Both the position numbers and the translations under genes were made by a program. From contig OY969553.1 of NCBI GenBank assembly GCA_963700925.1, positions 3,417,631-3,481,630 on the forward strand: a stretch of 64,000 nt of DNA. Direction: 5' to 3'. How positions within the stretch are numbered: position 1 is the stretch's first letter; every line of letters begins with the position of its first letter. The stretch is from an uncultured Actinomycetota bacterium (GTDB taxonomy: Bacteria; Actinomycetota; Actinomycetes; Actinomycetales; CAWJMD01). Below are positions 1 to 8,556 of the stretch, piece after piece. Under the pieces are notes generated by a model, which made no database searches, was not told the DNA's origin, and saw nothing but the letters and a program-made list of their open reading frames with translations.

Positions 1-782
1 AGGCAGCGCAGGCAGCAGGTTCGGCCCGGCCGAACCAGCGGGCCGATCACCGCGTCGTCCTCCCGCAGCACGACGGGCAGGTGCGTGATGTCCTCGCGGA
101 GCAGGCCCTCGTAGCGGTGCGGGTCGAGGGCGTCGGTGCCGGTGACGACGGCGATGGTCGGACGGAACCTGCCCCGCATCGTGGTCACCACACCCGGTGC
201 GTGGGCGGCCAGGACCTCGACGGCGGCTGCTCCGCGTTCGCGTCCGACGTCGCCGGGCCGGTAGCCGCCCGGCCGCACGTCGTCGTCTCCGACGCGGGAC
301 CCGTCCACCACGAGGATGGTGCCGACCCCAGCGGTGGCCAGCCCGACGGCGACGGCCAGCCCGGTGCGGCACGCCCCGATCACCGCGGCGCTGCCGGCCT
401 GCCGGTCGAGCAGGACGTCCCAGCCGTCGCCGCCGGATGCGTCGTCGAGGGAGAGCACGCGGGCGGTGACCGCGAGCCTGGAGCGCATCGGCTCGGTCAG
501 CGCCCCGAGTCGTCCGTGAGGAGTCGGAGCTCGCACCAGGGCACCGGCCCCGACGAGCGCTGCGACCAGCTCGTGCACGCGGTGGCCGGTCGTGCCGAGC
601 GTGCCGGCCTCCGCTGCCAGCGAGGGCAGGTCGTGCGACCCGGCGAGCAGCAGGTCGACCACGTGCTCGTCGGCGGCGTCGAGTCCGTCCAGGATCACGC
701 CGTGACGCGGGCTCAGACCCACCTGGAGCCGCCCGGGACCGCGCCAGGCCAGCACGAGCCCCGGCCTGATCCGCAGTCGCAT
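1..782 (-). CDS. ThiF/MoeB-type E1-like adenylyltransferase family protein (N-terminal ~260 aa; C-terminus lies beyond window start)
   Basis: Not in the ORF track because it runs off the window. Minus-strand translation from ATG at 782 reads MRLRIRPGLVLAWRGPG...SAAVIGACRTGLAVAVGLATAGVGTILVVDGSRVGDDDVRPGGY. This is a Rossmann-type nucleotide-binding stretch as in ThiF/HesA/MoeB proteins. The listed + ORF 81..935 is its Arg/Gly-rich antisense. Confidence 0.55.
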   Translation of the reverse strand, partial: MRLRIRPGLVLAWRGPGRLQVGLSPRHGVILDGLDAADEHVVDLLLAGSHDLPSLAAEAGTLGTTGHRVHELVAALVGAGALVRAPTPHGRLGALTEPMRSRLAVTARVLSLDDASGGDGWDVLLDRQAGSAAVIGACRTGLAVAVGLATAGVGTILVVDGSRVGDDDVRPGGYRPGDVGRERGAAAVEVLAAHAPGVVTTMRGRFRPTIAVVTGTDALDPHRYEGLLREDITHLPVVLREDDAVIGPLVRPGRTCCLRC

Positions 783-949
783 GGCGGTGACAGTGCCACT
801 GTTCAGCGGGATGGACGCTGTTCTGTCCACACGTATGCGTTTGGTGCGCTTCCGTCACCCTGCGAGCAGTGCCTGAGACGCGGACGAGCGGCGCGGGATC
901 GCCCCGCGCCGCTCGTCGTGCCCCGCGTGCCGTAGCCGCGGGGGTTGTC

Positions 950-1108
950 TCAGGCCTTGCCCAGGATGCGGTTGAGGTTGGTGCCGCAGACAGGGCACTT
1001 GCCCTTGGCCATGCGGCGACCGTTGGTCTCGACCACGTTTCCCGTGGCGTTGCGCTTCTCCTTGCACTTCACGCAGTAGAAGTCGCCGGTGTAGGTCTCG
1101 TCGGCCAT
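950..1108 (-). CDS. small zinc-ribbon protein, DUF5679-like (52 aa)
   Basis: 159-nt ORF below the track cutoff: MADETYTGDFYCVKCKEKRNATGNVVETNGRRMAKGKCPVCGTNLNRILGKA. It has two CxxC pairs and non-biased composition, unlike the overlapping listed ORF 855..1127. Confidence 0.7.
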   Translation of the reverse strand: MADETYTGDFYCVKCKEKRNATGNVVETNGRRMAKGKCPVCGTNLNRILGKA

Positions 1109-1285
1109 TGGTGGCACTCCTTGTCACTTCTCTCGAGTCGTCCTGGTCCGACGGGTTCGGGTCCAGCCGCGGGTTGCGGACGGCCCGGGCCTGTCGGGGG
1201 CGTTCACCCCTGCGGCCAGGATCCCCGACACCCTAGCCGAGCACGGGCTGAGCACGAGCACGCCCCGCCGTAGCGCGCCGGTACG

Positions 1286-2104
1286 GTGCCTTTCGTGACG
1301 CATCCGGACGACCTCGAGCTCGAGCACCTGACGCTGCAGCGACGCGACGACGGAGTAGCCGTCCTCACCCTCGACCTGCCGGATCGGCGCAACATGATGA
1401 GCGCCCCGATGACCGCCTCGTGGGTGCGGGCGGTCGATGCGCTTCGCGGGGACGACGGGGTGCGCGCAGTGGTGGTCACCGGTGCGGGCCAGGCCTTCTG
1501 CTCCGGCGGCGACACGTCGTGGATCGGCGCGGGCGCCGACGCAGGAGTCGACGCGATGCGCACCCGGATGCTGGCGTTCTACGGCGACTGGCTGTCTATC
1601 CGGAGCCTGGACGTGCCGACCATCGCGGCGGTCAACGGTGCCGCGATCGGTGCTGGGCTGGCCCTTGCGCTGGCGTGCGACCTGCGTGTCGTGTCGTCGA
1701 CGGCGCGCCTCGGCGTGCCGTTCACCGCGCTCGGTATGCACGCCGGCATGGCCACCACCTGGTCACTGCCGGACGTCGCCGGCCTCCAGGTGGCGCGCGA
1801 TCTGCTGCTGACCGGGCGGATCGTGGACGGGGACGAAGGGGTGCGGCTGGGCCTCGCGCTGCGGGCCGTGCCGGCGGAGCAGGTGCTGCCCGACGCCCTC
1901 GAGCTCGCCGAGACGATCGCCTCGCGTGCACCTGTCGCCACGCGGCTCACCACCGCCGCGCTGCGCGGCGGCGGCCACGCCGACCACGCCACCGCCCTGC
2001 AGTGGGAGGCGCTCGCGCAGGCCGTCACTCTGGTCACCGATGACCTGCAGGAGGGCCTGGCCGCGCAGCGCGACCGGCGGGCGCCGCGGTTCAGCGGTCG
2101 CTGA
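1286..2104 (+). CDS. enoyl-CoA hydratase/isomerase (crotonase) family protein
   Basis: Track ORF of 272 aa. Crotonase signatures are VVVTGAGQAFCSGGD, AAVNGAAIGAGLALALACDLRV and a C-terminal ...EGLAAQRDRRAPRF. GTG start; an alternative GTG lies at 1295. Confidence 0.85.
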   Translation: MPFVTHPDDLELEHLTLQRRDDGVAVLTLDLPDRRNMMSAPMTASWVRAVDALRGDDGVRAVVVTGAGQAFCSGGDTSWIGAGADAGVDAMRTRMLAFYGDWLSIRSLDVPTIAAVNGAAIGAGLALALACDLRVVSSTARLGVPFTALGMHAGMATTWSLPDVAGLQVARDLLLTGRIVDGDEGVRLGLALRAVPAEQVLPDALELAETIASRAPVATRLTTAALRGGGHADHATALQWEALAQAVTLVTDDLQEGLAAQRDRRAPRFSGR

Positions 2105-2157
2105 GCACGCTGTGGGTTCGGCGGGGTACTGACGGCCCCGGCGTCTACCGTTGCCTC

Positions 2158-2766
2158 ATGGAGGACGGCGTGGAGGTTCGGCGCAGCCGGCGACGCCGCC
2201 GCAGCGTCACGGCATACCGCGACGGTGGGCGAGTGATCGTGCTGATCCCTGCGCGTTTCACCCGGGCCGAGGAGCGCGAGTGGGTCGCGAAGATGACCGA
2301 GCGGCTGGCTGCCCAGGAGAAGCGGCGTCGCCCGAGCGACGCGGTGCTCGCCCGGCGCGCCAGGGAGCTGAGCGACAAGTACCTCGCCGGCCTGGCACGC
2401 CCGACCTCGGTGCGGTGGGCGTCGAACCAGAACACACGGTGGGGCTCCTGCACGCCGTCCGACGGCACGATCCGCATCTCCACCCGCGTCAGGGGCACGC
2501 CGTCGTGGGTTCTGGACTACGTGCTCCTGCACGAGCTGGCCCACCTGCTCGAGGCGGGCCACGGCGCCCGGTTCTGGGCTCTGCTCGACGGGTTCCCGCG
2601 CACGGAGCGGGCGCGTGGCTACCTGGAGGGCCTGGCTGCTGCGCGCGACCTCGACGCCGTCGACGACCATGACGTGCTGGACGACGAGAGTGAGGCCGAC
2701 GAGAGCGGCCCCGACGAAGGCGAGCCCGACGAGCCCGCCGCCGGCGAGTCGGCTGCCTTGTTCTAA
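2158..2766 (+). CDS. YgjP/DUF45-like (M48/SprT-type) zinc metallopeptidase
   Basis: Track ORF of 202 aa. Signatures are NTRWGSCTP..GTIRIS followed by the HExxH motif LLHELAHLLEAGHGARFW, with an acidic C-terminal tail. Confidence 0.8.
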   Translation: MEDGVEVRRSRRRRRSVTAYRDGGRVIVLIPARFTRAEEREWVAKMTERLAAQEKRRRPSDAVLARRARELSDKYLAGLARPTSVRWASNQNTRWGSCTPSDGTIRISTRVRGTPSWVLDYVLLHELAHLLEAGHGARFWALLDGFPRTERARGYLEGLAAARDLDAVDDHDVLDDESEADESGPDEGEPDEPAAGESAALF

Positions 2767-3269
2767 AGCTTGATCGGGTCGGTCCGGCCTGGTATCTCGT
2801 CGAAGACCAGGTTCGTCTCGGTGTGGCTGACGGCCGGGTGCCCGGTCAGGTGCTCGACCACGAAGTCGCGCAGGGCGTCGGTGTCGGGCACGGCGACATG
2901 CACCAGCCAATCGTCCTTGCCGGAGACGTGGAACATCGCGATCACTCCGTCGATCGCCGGCAGCTCGGACCTGAACAGCTCGACCTGCTCGCGCACGTGA
3001 GCTCGCATCCGGACGGCGATGATCGCCTGCAGCGGGCGCCCGGTACGGGCCAGGTCGACGTCGGCGTGCACCCCGCGCAGGACACCGCGCCGGCGCAGCT
3101 CTCGTACTCGCAGCAGGCACGTCGAGGCGGCGATCCCGACCTGCTCGGCGAGGGCCGCGTTCGTGACCCGTCCCTCCTCTCGCAGTGCGCTGAGGATGGC
3201 CCGGTCGGTGTCGTCGAGGCGGGCGGGGCTGGGCGAGGCGCGTCGTGGGCGAACGTCCTTCGGTGACAC
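2763..3269 (-). CDS. Lrp/AsnC family transcriptional regulator
   Basis: Track ORF of 168 aa. N-terminal HTH is LDDTDRAILSALREEGRVTNAALAEQVGIAASTCLLRVRELRRRGVL, followed by a RAM-type domain. It is divergent from the PLP enzyme gene. Confidence 0.9.
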   Translation of the reverse strand: MSPKDVRPRRASPSPARLDDTDRAILSALREEGRVTNAALAEQVGIAASTCLLRVRELRRRGVLRGVHADVDLARTGRPLQAIIAVRMRAHVREQVELFRSELPAIDGVIAMFHVSGKDDWLVHVAVPDTDALRDFVVEHLTGHPAVSHTETNLVFDEIPGRTDPIKL

Positions 3270-3376
3270 TGCAGCTCCCGGTGGTCTGTTGGATGGAATC
3301 TGCAGTCTGTCACGCCAGTTCTGCAGATCCTTCGATCCCTGCTGTATTGCTCGATGAACCGGACGATGCTGCGGCC

Positions 3377-4648
3377 ATGACGGTCAACCCCTCTCTCCAG
3401 ACCCGGGCCGTGCACGCCGGACGAGCCGACCTCGGCGGTCTCGGGGTGCACGCTCTGCCCCTCGACCTGTCCACGACGTATCCGTTGCCGGACGGGGACG
3501 ACGGCGTCGCCGGTGGAGGCGACGCCTACGAGCACCTCGCCACGGGCGGACGCGCCCGTGCCGGTGACAGCCACGTGTACGCCCGGCTGTGGAACCCGAC
3601 CGTCGCGCGCTTCGAGGACGGCCTGGCCGACCTGGAGCAGGCGGACGGGGCAGTCGCGTTCGCTTCGGGGATGGCCGCCCTGACTGCTGTGCTGCTCGGG
3701 CTCGGGGAGGGGCTCGATGCGGACGGGCCACGTCCGCACGTCGTGGCCGTCCGGCCGCTGTACGGGGGCACGGACCACCTGCTGGCGGCCGGTTTGTGCG
3801 GGACCGCTGTCACCTTCACCGACCCCGGCCTGACCGCGACCGACGTCGCCGCTGCGGTCGCCGCCGCCGCCCGTCCGCAGACACGCCTCGTGCTGCTCGA
3901 GACCCCGGCCAACCCGACCCTCGAGCTGGTCGACATCGCAGGCGTCGTCGCAGCGGCTCGTCGGCACTGCCCAGGGGCCGTCGTGATGGTCGACAACACG
4001 TTCGCGACCCCGGTCCTGCAGCTGCCGCTCGTTCTGGGTGCCGACCTCGTGCTGCACTCGGCCACCAAGTTCATCGGCGGTCATGGCGACGCGATGGGCG
4101 GGGTGGTCGCGGTCGGTGGCGCCCACGCTGCCGGCTGGGTGGAGCGGCTGCGCCGGGTGCGCGCGATCACCGGTGCGCTGATGCACCCACTCGGCGCCTA
4201 CCTGCTGCATCGTGGGCTGGCGACCTTGCCGCTGCGCGTTGCCCAGCAGGGCGAGAACGCGCACAAGGTAGCGCTCGGCCTGGCGCAGCACGCGGCCGTC
4301 GAGGCCGTCTACTACCCGGGGCTGGACGGGCGCGACCCGGCCGGCCTGGTGGGCACGCAGATGTCCGGCCACGGCTCGGTGCTGGCTCTACGAGTGGTCG
4401 GCGGTTTCGAGTCTGCCTGTGCCGTAGCGGGTTCGGTGCGGCTCCTCACGCACGCGGTGTCTCTCGGCGGGGTCGACACGCTCGTGCAGCACCCGTCGGC
4501 GCTCACCCATCGTCCCGTAGCGGGTGACGCCAAGCCCGACGCCGGCCTGCTGCGCATCTCGGTCGGGCTCGAGGACCCGAACGACGTTCTGGCAGATCTG
4601 TACTCGGCGCTGGACGGTGCAGCCGCGCGGACGGGTCAGCGCGGGTAG
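3377..4648 (+). CDS. PLP-dependent Cys/Met-metabolism enzyme (methionine gamma-lyase / cystathionine gamma-synthase family)
   Basis: In-frame part of track ORF 3245..4648, with the start moved to ATG 3377 (MTVNPSLQTRAVHAG). Signatures are YARLWNPTV, AFASGMAA and the PLP-lysine motif HSATKFIGGHGD. Confidence 0.8.
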   Translation: MTVNPSLQTRAVHAGRADLGGLGVHALPLDLSTTYPLPDGDDGVAGGGDAYEHLATGGRARAGDSHVYARLWNPTVARFEDGLADLEQADGAVAFASGMAALTAVLLGLGEGLDADGPRPHVVAVRPLYGGTDHLLAAGLCGTAVTFTDPGLTATDVAAAVAAAARPQTRLVLLETPANPTLELVDIAGVVAAARRHCPGAVVMVDNTFATPVLQLPLVLGADLVLHSATKFIGGHGDAMGGVVAVGGAHAAGWVERLRRVRAITGALMHPLGAYLLHRGLATLPLRVAQQGENAHKVALGLAQHAAVEAVYYPGLDGRDPAGLVGTQMSGHGSVLALRVVGGFESACAVAGSVRLLTHAVSLGGVDTLVQHPSALTHRPVAGDAKPDAGLLRISVGLEDPNDVLADLYSALDGAAARTGQRG

Positions 4649-5712
4649 TGCCGCAACTCGGTCGCCTTGACCGAGACCCACACGTCGCCGCCGACGTCGA
4701 GACCGAGCTCGGCCACGGCCCCTGTCGTGACATCGGCGAGCACGGGCGGCGGGCCGGCGACACCGACCCGCACGACGTCGGCGTGCTGCTCGAGCGAGTC
4801 GATGCGACCCTGCCAGACGTTGCGCGCCGACCCTTCGGGGCGACGGCTGTGCAACGAGACGGCGGACGGTGAGAACGCCACGAACACAGCGCCTTTGACA
4901 GGGTGGGCCACCTGCAGCAGGCCTCCTCCGTCCAGCTTGACCGTGGTCGGGGAGGCGCCGGCAAAGCCTTCGTACAGGTTGAGGCCGACGAGACGGGCGA
5001 CGTAGTCGGTGCGTGGGGATCTCGCCACCTCTGCCGGAGTGCCGCTCTGCACGACGCGCCCGTCCTCGATGACGACCAGGTGGTCGGCCAGCACCATCGC
5101 GTCGAGCGCGTCGTGCGTGACCAGCACGGTGCAGCCCGGGTAGTCGCGCAGGTGTCGGCGCAGCCCTGTGCGCACCTCGAGCTTCGTGCTGGCGTCGAGG
5201 GCCGACAAGGGCTCGTCCAGGAGCAGCAGGTCGGGACCCGTGGCGAGGGCGCGAGCCAGCGCCACCCGCTGCGACTGACCGCCCGAAAGCGCCTGTGGCT
5301 TAACGCGTTCAAGACCGGCGAGGCCGACTCGATCGAGCCAGTCGACCGCTGCCCGGTGTGCCGCTCGCCGAGGTGTGCCGCGGCTGCGCAGTCCGAACGC
5401 GACGTTGTCGGCGGCGCTCAGGTGCGGAAAGAGCAGGTAGTCCTGGAACACCATCCCGACGCGGCGACGGTCGGTCGGCGTCGTGCGGCCGTCGGCGTCG
5501 AGCACCCTGTCACCGAGGCGCACGTGCCCGGCAGGCATCCGCAGCAGACCCGCCAGCGCGCGCAGTGCCGTCGACTTGCCGGCACCGTTGGGGCCGAGCA
5601 GCGCGACGACACTGCCGGGCGCGACCTGCAGGTCGAGGTCGAGGTCGAAGCGGTCGCGCCGCACGACGAGCCGGGCGTCGAGGCCGCTGTCTCGTTGGTG
5701 CGCCAGGCTCAT
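4636..5712 (-). CDS. modC: molybdate ABC transporter ATP-binding protein
   Basis: C-terminal 358 aa of track ORF 4636..6402. Start set at ATG 5712 (MSLAHQRD), a 4-nt overlap with the modB stop. Walker A is GPNGAGKST, signature is LSGGQSQRV, Walker B is LLLLDEP. There is a C-terminal TOBE-like domain. Confidence 0.85.
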   Translation of the reverse strand: MSLAHQRDSGLDARLVVRRDRFDLDLDLQVAPGSVVALLGPNGAGKSTALRALAGLLRMPAGHVRLGDRVLDADGRTTPTDRRRVGMVFQDYLLFPHLSAADNVAFGLRSRGTPRRAAHRAAVDWLDRVGLAGLERVKPQALSGGQSQRVALARALATGPDLLLLDEPLSALDASTKLEVRTGLRRHLRDYPGCTVLVTHDALDAMVLADHLVVIEDGRVVQSGTPAEVARSPRTDYVARLVGLNLYEGFAGASPTTVKLDGGGLLQVAHPVKGAVFVAFSPSAVSLHSRRPEGSARNVWQGRIDSLEQHADVVRVGVAGPPPVLADVTTGAVAELGLDVGGDVWVSVKATELRHYPR

Positions 5713-6569
5713 GTCGCGGTCCCTGTCACCCAGCGGTCCCGCAGACTCGTCAGCACCACGACCGACACCCCGAGCAGCACCAGTGACAGCACGATGGCTG
5801 CCTCCGGGTTGGTCTCGAGCGCCAGGTACACCGCGATCGGCATGGTGCGGGTCACGCCGGGGTAACTGCCCGCGAACGTGATGGTGGCGCCGAACTCGCC
5901 CAGTGCGCGGGCGAAGCAGAGCACTGCTCCGGCGGTCACGCCGGGGGCGACCAGGGGCAGAGTGACCCGGCTGAAGATCGTCCAGCGAGAGGCGCCCAGG
6001 GTGGCCGCGGCGTCCTCGTACCGCCGGTCGGCGCCGCGCAGCGCCCCCTCGACGGCGATCACCAGGAAGGGCATCGCGACGAAGGCCTCGGCCAGCACGA
6101 CGGCGGCGGTCGTGAACGGCAGGCTCAGCCCGAACCAGGCGTACAGGTGCTGACCGAGCAGGCCGCGACGTCCGAGCAGCAGGAGGAGTGCCACTCCGCC
6201 GACGACCGGCGGAAGGACGAGGGGGACGGTGACCAGCGCGCGAAGGAGACGGCGTCCGGGAAAGGTGGCGCGCGCCAGGACCCAGGCCAGAGGCACGCCC
6301 AGCACCAGACACACGAGCGTCGCGCAGGTCGCGCTCACGAGCGAGAGGCGCAGTGCCGTACCGACTTCCGCGCTGAACAGCTGGGCGGGGAGGGTGCTCC
6401 ACGGGGCTTTGACGAGCAGGCCGGCGAGAGGGAGCACGAGGAACGCGAGAGCCAGCACCGCCGGCACCACGAGCACGACGGGCAGTCCGACCCCGCGCTG
6501 GTCCTCCCGGCCGGCGCGTGGTCTCCCTGTGCGGGAGGCGTCAGGGACTGTCAAACCCGGCGTCGCCAA
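5709..6569 (-). CDS. modB: molybdate ABC transporter permease
   Basis: Track ORF of 286 aa. It is a multi-pass permease with the conserved cytoplasmic loop DAAATLGASRWTIFSRVTLPLVAPG and sits between modA and modC. The start is uncertain because it overlaps the modA end by 29 nt. Confidence 0.85.
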   Translation of the reverse strand: MATPGLTVPDASRTGRPRAGREDQRGVGLPVVLVVPAVLALAFLVLPLAGLLVKAPWSTLPAQLFSAEVGTALRLSLVSATCATLVCLVLGVPLAWVLARATFPGRRLLRALVTVPLVLPPVVGGVALLLLLGRRGLLGQHLYAWFGLSLPFTTAAVVLAEAFVAMPFLVIAVEGALRGADRRYEDAAATLGASRWTIFSRVTLPLVAPGVTAGAVLCFARALGEFGATITFAGSYPGVTRTMPIAVYLALETNPEAAIVLSLVLLGVSVVVLTSLRDRWVTGTAT

Positions 6570-7356
6570 GGATCGCCTGCCCCTCGGCCGCGAGCACGTA
6601 GTCGACGAAGGCCTGTGCCACAGCGCTGTTCGGCGCCTCGGTCAGCGTCGTGATCGGGTAGTCGTTGATGGCCTCGTCGGCTTCGGGGAACTCGATGCCC
6701 TCGACCGCGTCGCCGGCCGCCAGCACGTCGGTGCGGTAGACGAGCGCAGCGTCTACCTCGCCGAGCTCGACCTTCGTGAGGGTCGCTTTCACGTCCTGCT
6801 CGAGGGTGTCGGGCGCCGGGGTGAGACCCGCTGCGGCGAAAGCCTTCTCGGCTGCGGCGCCACACGGCACCTCCGGTGCGCAGAGCGCGATCGTGCGTGC
6901 CTCGTCGGCGAAGTCGGCCAGGTCTGTGATGCCCGCCGCGTTGCCGGCCGGCACGGCGATCTCCAGCCGGTTGCGGACGAACACCGTCGGCTCGCCCTCG
7001 GCGAGCTCAGGGTCGGTCACCGTCGCCATCGTCGCGGGGCTGGCGGCAGCGAACACGTCGGCCGGTGCACCGGAGACGATCTGCTGCGCGAGGGCAGAGC
7101 TCGCGCCGAAGTTGAAGATGACGGTCACGTCGGGGTTGGCGGTCATGAAGTCGTTTCCGATGGCGGTGAACGACTCGGTCAGCGACGCGGCCGCGAACAC
7201 GGTCAGGTCTCCGGACAGGGACGGTGCCGCGCCACTCGGGTCCTGCGCGCTGGTCGTTGCGTCGGGCTCGCCCGTCCCGCAGCCGGCGAGTGCCAGCACA
7301 GCAAGGGCGACGACTGCGACGCGGAACCTGCGGGGAGGCACACGGCGAAGCATCAT
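6541..7356 (-). CDS. modA: molybdate ABC transporter substrate-binding lipoprotein
   Basis: Track ORF 6541..7539 trimmed to MMLRRVPPRRFRVAVVALAVLALAGCGT (lipobox LAGC). ModA-type motifs are LTVFAAASL and NFGASS. Confidence 0.85.
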   Translation of the reverse strand: MMLRRVPPRRFRVAVVALAVLALAGCGTGEPDATTSAQDPSGAAPSLSGDLTVFAAASLTESFTAIGNDFMTANPDVTVIFNFGASSALAQQIVSGAPADVFAAASPATMATVTDPELAEGEPTVFVRNRLEIAVPAGNAAGITDLADFADEARTIALCAPEVPCGAAAEKAFAAAGLTPAPDTLEQDVKATLTKVELGEVDAALVYRTDVLAAGDAVEGIEFPEADEAINDYPITTLTEAPNSAVAQAFVDYVLAAEGQAILGDAGFDSP

Positions 7357-7406
7357 GACGGGCTCCTCGAGGTCAGCCTGTGGATCGAGCACGCAGGCAG
7401 TGGGTG

Positions 7407-7814
7407 TCAACGGTGGTCCGGAAGCTCGACGACGACGTTGGTGGCCTTGACGCTCGCCAGAGCGAGGGTGCCGACCTCGAGGTCGAGCTCGTCGGCGGCC
7501 TCGCGGCTCATCAGGGAGACGACCCGGAACGGGCCGCACTGCATCTCGACCTGCGCCATCACGGTGTCCTTGGTGACCTTGGTGACGATGCCGCGCAGGC
7601 GGTTGCGGGCCGATGCGGCGGAAGGCTGCGACGCGTCGGGGTGGGCGGCGACCTCCTGGGCCAGCGCGGCCAGAGCGGCGCCGTCGACGAGCGTGCGTCC
7701 CCCGTCCGCCCTGGTCAGGGGAATGCGGCCCTGGTCGGCCCAGCGCCGCAGCGTGTCGTCGCTGACGCCGAGCAGCATCGACGCCTCGCGGACGGTGAAC
7801 CGGGTCGCAGCCAC
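7407..7814 (-). CDS. MerR/excisionase-type HTH plus TOBE (Mop) domain molybdate-responsive regulator
   Basis: Track ORF of 135 aa. The N-terminus is FTVREASMLLGVSDDTLRRWADQGRIP. The C-terminal TOBE domain is NRLRGIVTKVTKDTVMAQVEMQCGPFRVVSLMSREAADEL. It is the first gene of the modABC string. Confidence 0.75.
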   Translation of the reverse strand: MAATRFTVREASMLLGVSDDTLRRWADQGRIPLTRADGGRTLVDGAALAALAQEVAAHPDASQPSAASARNRLRGIVTKVTKDTVMAQVEMQCGPFRVVSLMSREAADELDLEVGTLALASVKATNVVVELPDHR

Positions 7815-7977
7815 GCCCCTACCCTAGCGCGCACATGCGGTGCCAGCAGTCCAGTACAGCCGCATCTGCGTTACTCGCGTGGCACACAATGCTCAGGTCA
7901 CCCACGTGTCGCCACCCGATTTGTGTAGGCAGGACGAGCACGCCACAGGGGGAGTGTGGGTAGGGGGAGCAAGGGGG

Positions 7978-8556
7978 TCACGGGGCGCGGACGACGGCGG
8001 CCACGCGCCGCAGGCGGGCCGGCAGGTCGGGTGGCGCCGAGTCGGGGAGCGCGTCGACGTCGAACCACGCGACGTCGAGGCTCTCGTCGCTGACCTGCGC
8101 GACCGCGTCATCGGGCACGACGGCGAGGAACGCCACGTCGAGGTGTTCTCGGCACCGGCCGAACGCGGCCGACAAGGCGTGCCGGTCGAGGTCGACCGGG
8201 GCATCAGAGGCCAGCTCGAGCGTGGCGATGCCCGACTCCTCGCGCCCCTCGCGGCGGGCCACGGCTGCCAGGTCGGCGTCGCCAGCCTCGCAGTGCCCAC
8301 CGAACTGCACCCAGAAGCCGCCCTTGGCGTGGTGGGTCAGGAGCGTCCGCCACCCCGACGGGTCGAGCACGAAGCACGACGCGGTCAGGTGGGCGGGCGG
8401 GCCGTCCTTCCAGAGCCCGTCGGCATGTGCCGCAAGGTGGTCGAGGTACGCGCGCCGCAGCGCGTCCTGCGCGGGGGACGGAGCCGTCCAACCTGAAAGC
8501 AGCCGAACAGCCTTGGCGTGCAACGTTTCTCGACCCGTGGAGTGAGGCGGGGTCAC
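7978..8556 (-). CDS. NUDIX hydrolase
   Basis: Track ORF 7978..8736 trimmed. GTG at 8556 forms a GTGA overlap with the stop of the upstream DUF2342 gene. The Nudix box is GGHCEAGDADLAAVARREGREESGI. Confidence 0.75.
   Translation of the reverse strand: MTPPHSTGRETLHAKAVRLLSGWTAPSPAQDALRRAYLDHLAAHADGLWKDGPPAHLTASCFVLDPSGWRTLLTHHAKGGFWVQFGGHCEAGDADLAAVARREGREESGIATLELASDAPVDLDRHALSAAFGRCREHLDVAFLAVVPDDAVAQVSDESLDVAWFDVDALPDSAPPDLPARLRRVAAVVRAP

Noticed and set aside
3270-3376. Possible SAM-type riboswitch upstream of the Cys/Met PLP enzyme.
   Set aside because: The spacer is only 107 nt, is shared with the divergent Lrp promoter, and has no SAM-I or SAM-IV-like helices visible.
4636-6402. 588-aa reading of the modC ORF.
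   Set aside because: The N-terminal 230 aa overlap modB in another frame and are Arg/Pro-rich. The ABC domain starts at the internal ATG 5712, which also gives a 4-nt overlap with modB.
7815-7977. Possible Moco riboswitch upstream of the mod operon.
   Set aside because: I could not recognise the conserved Moco-motif core or its multi-stem architecture by eye. Only a simple inverted repeat is present. This needs an Rfam scan.
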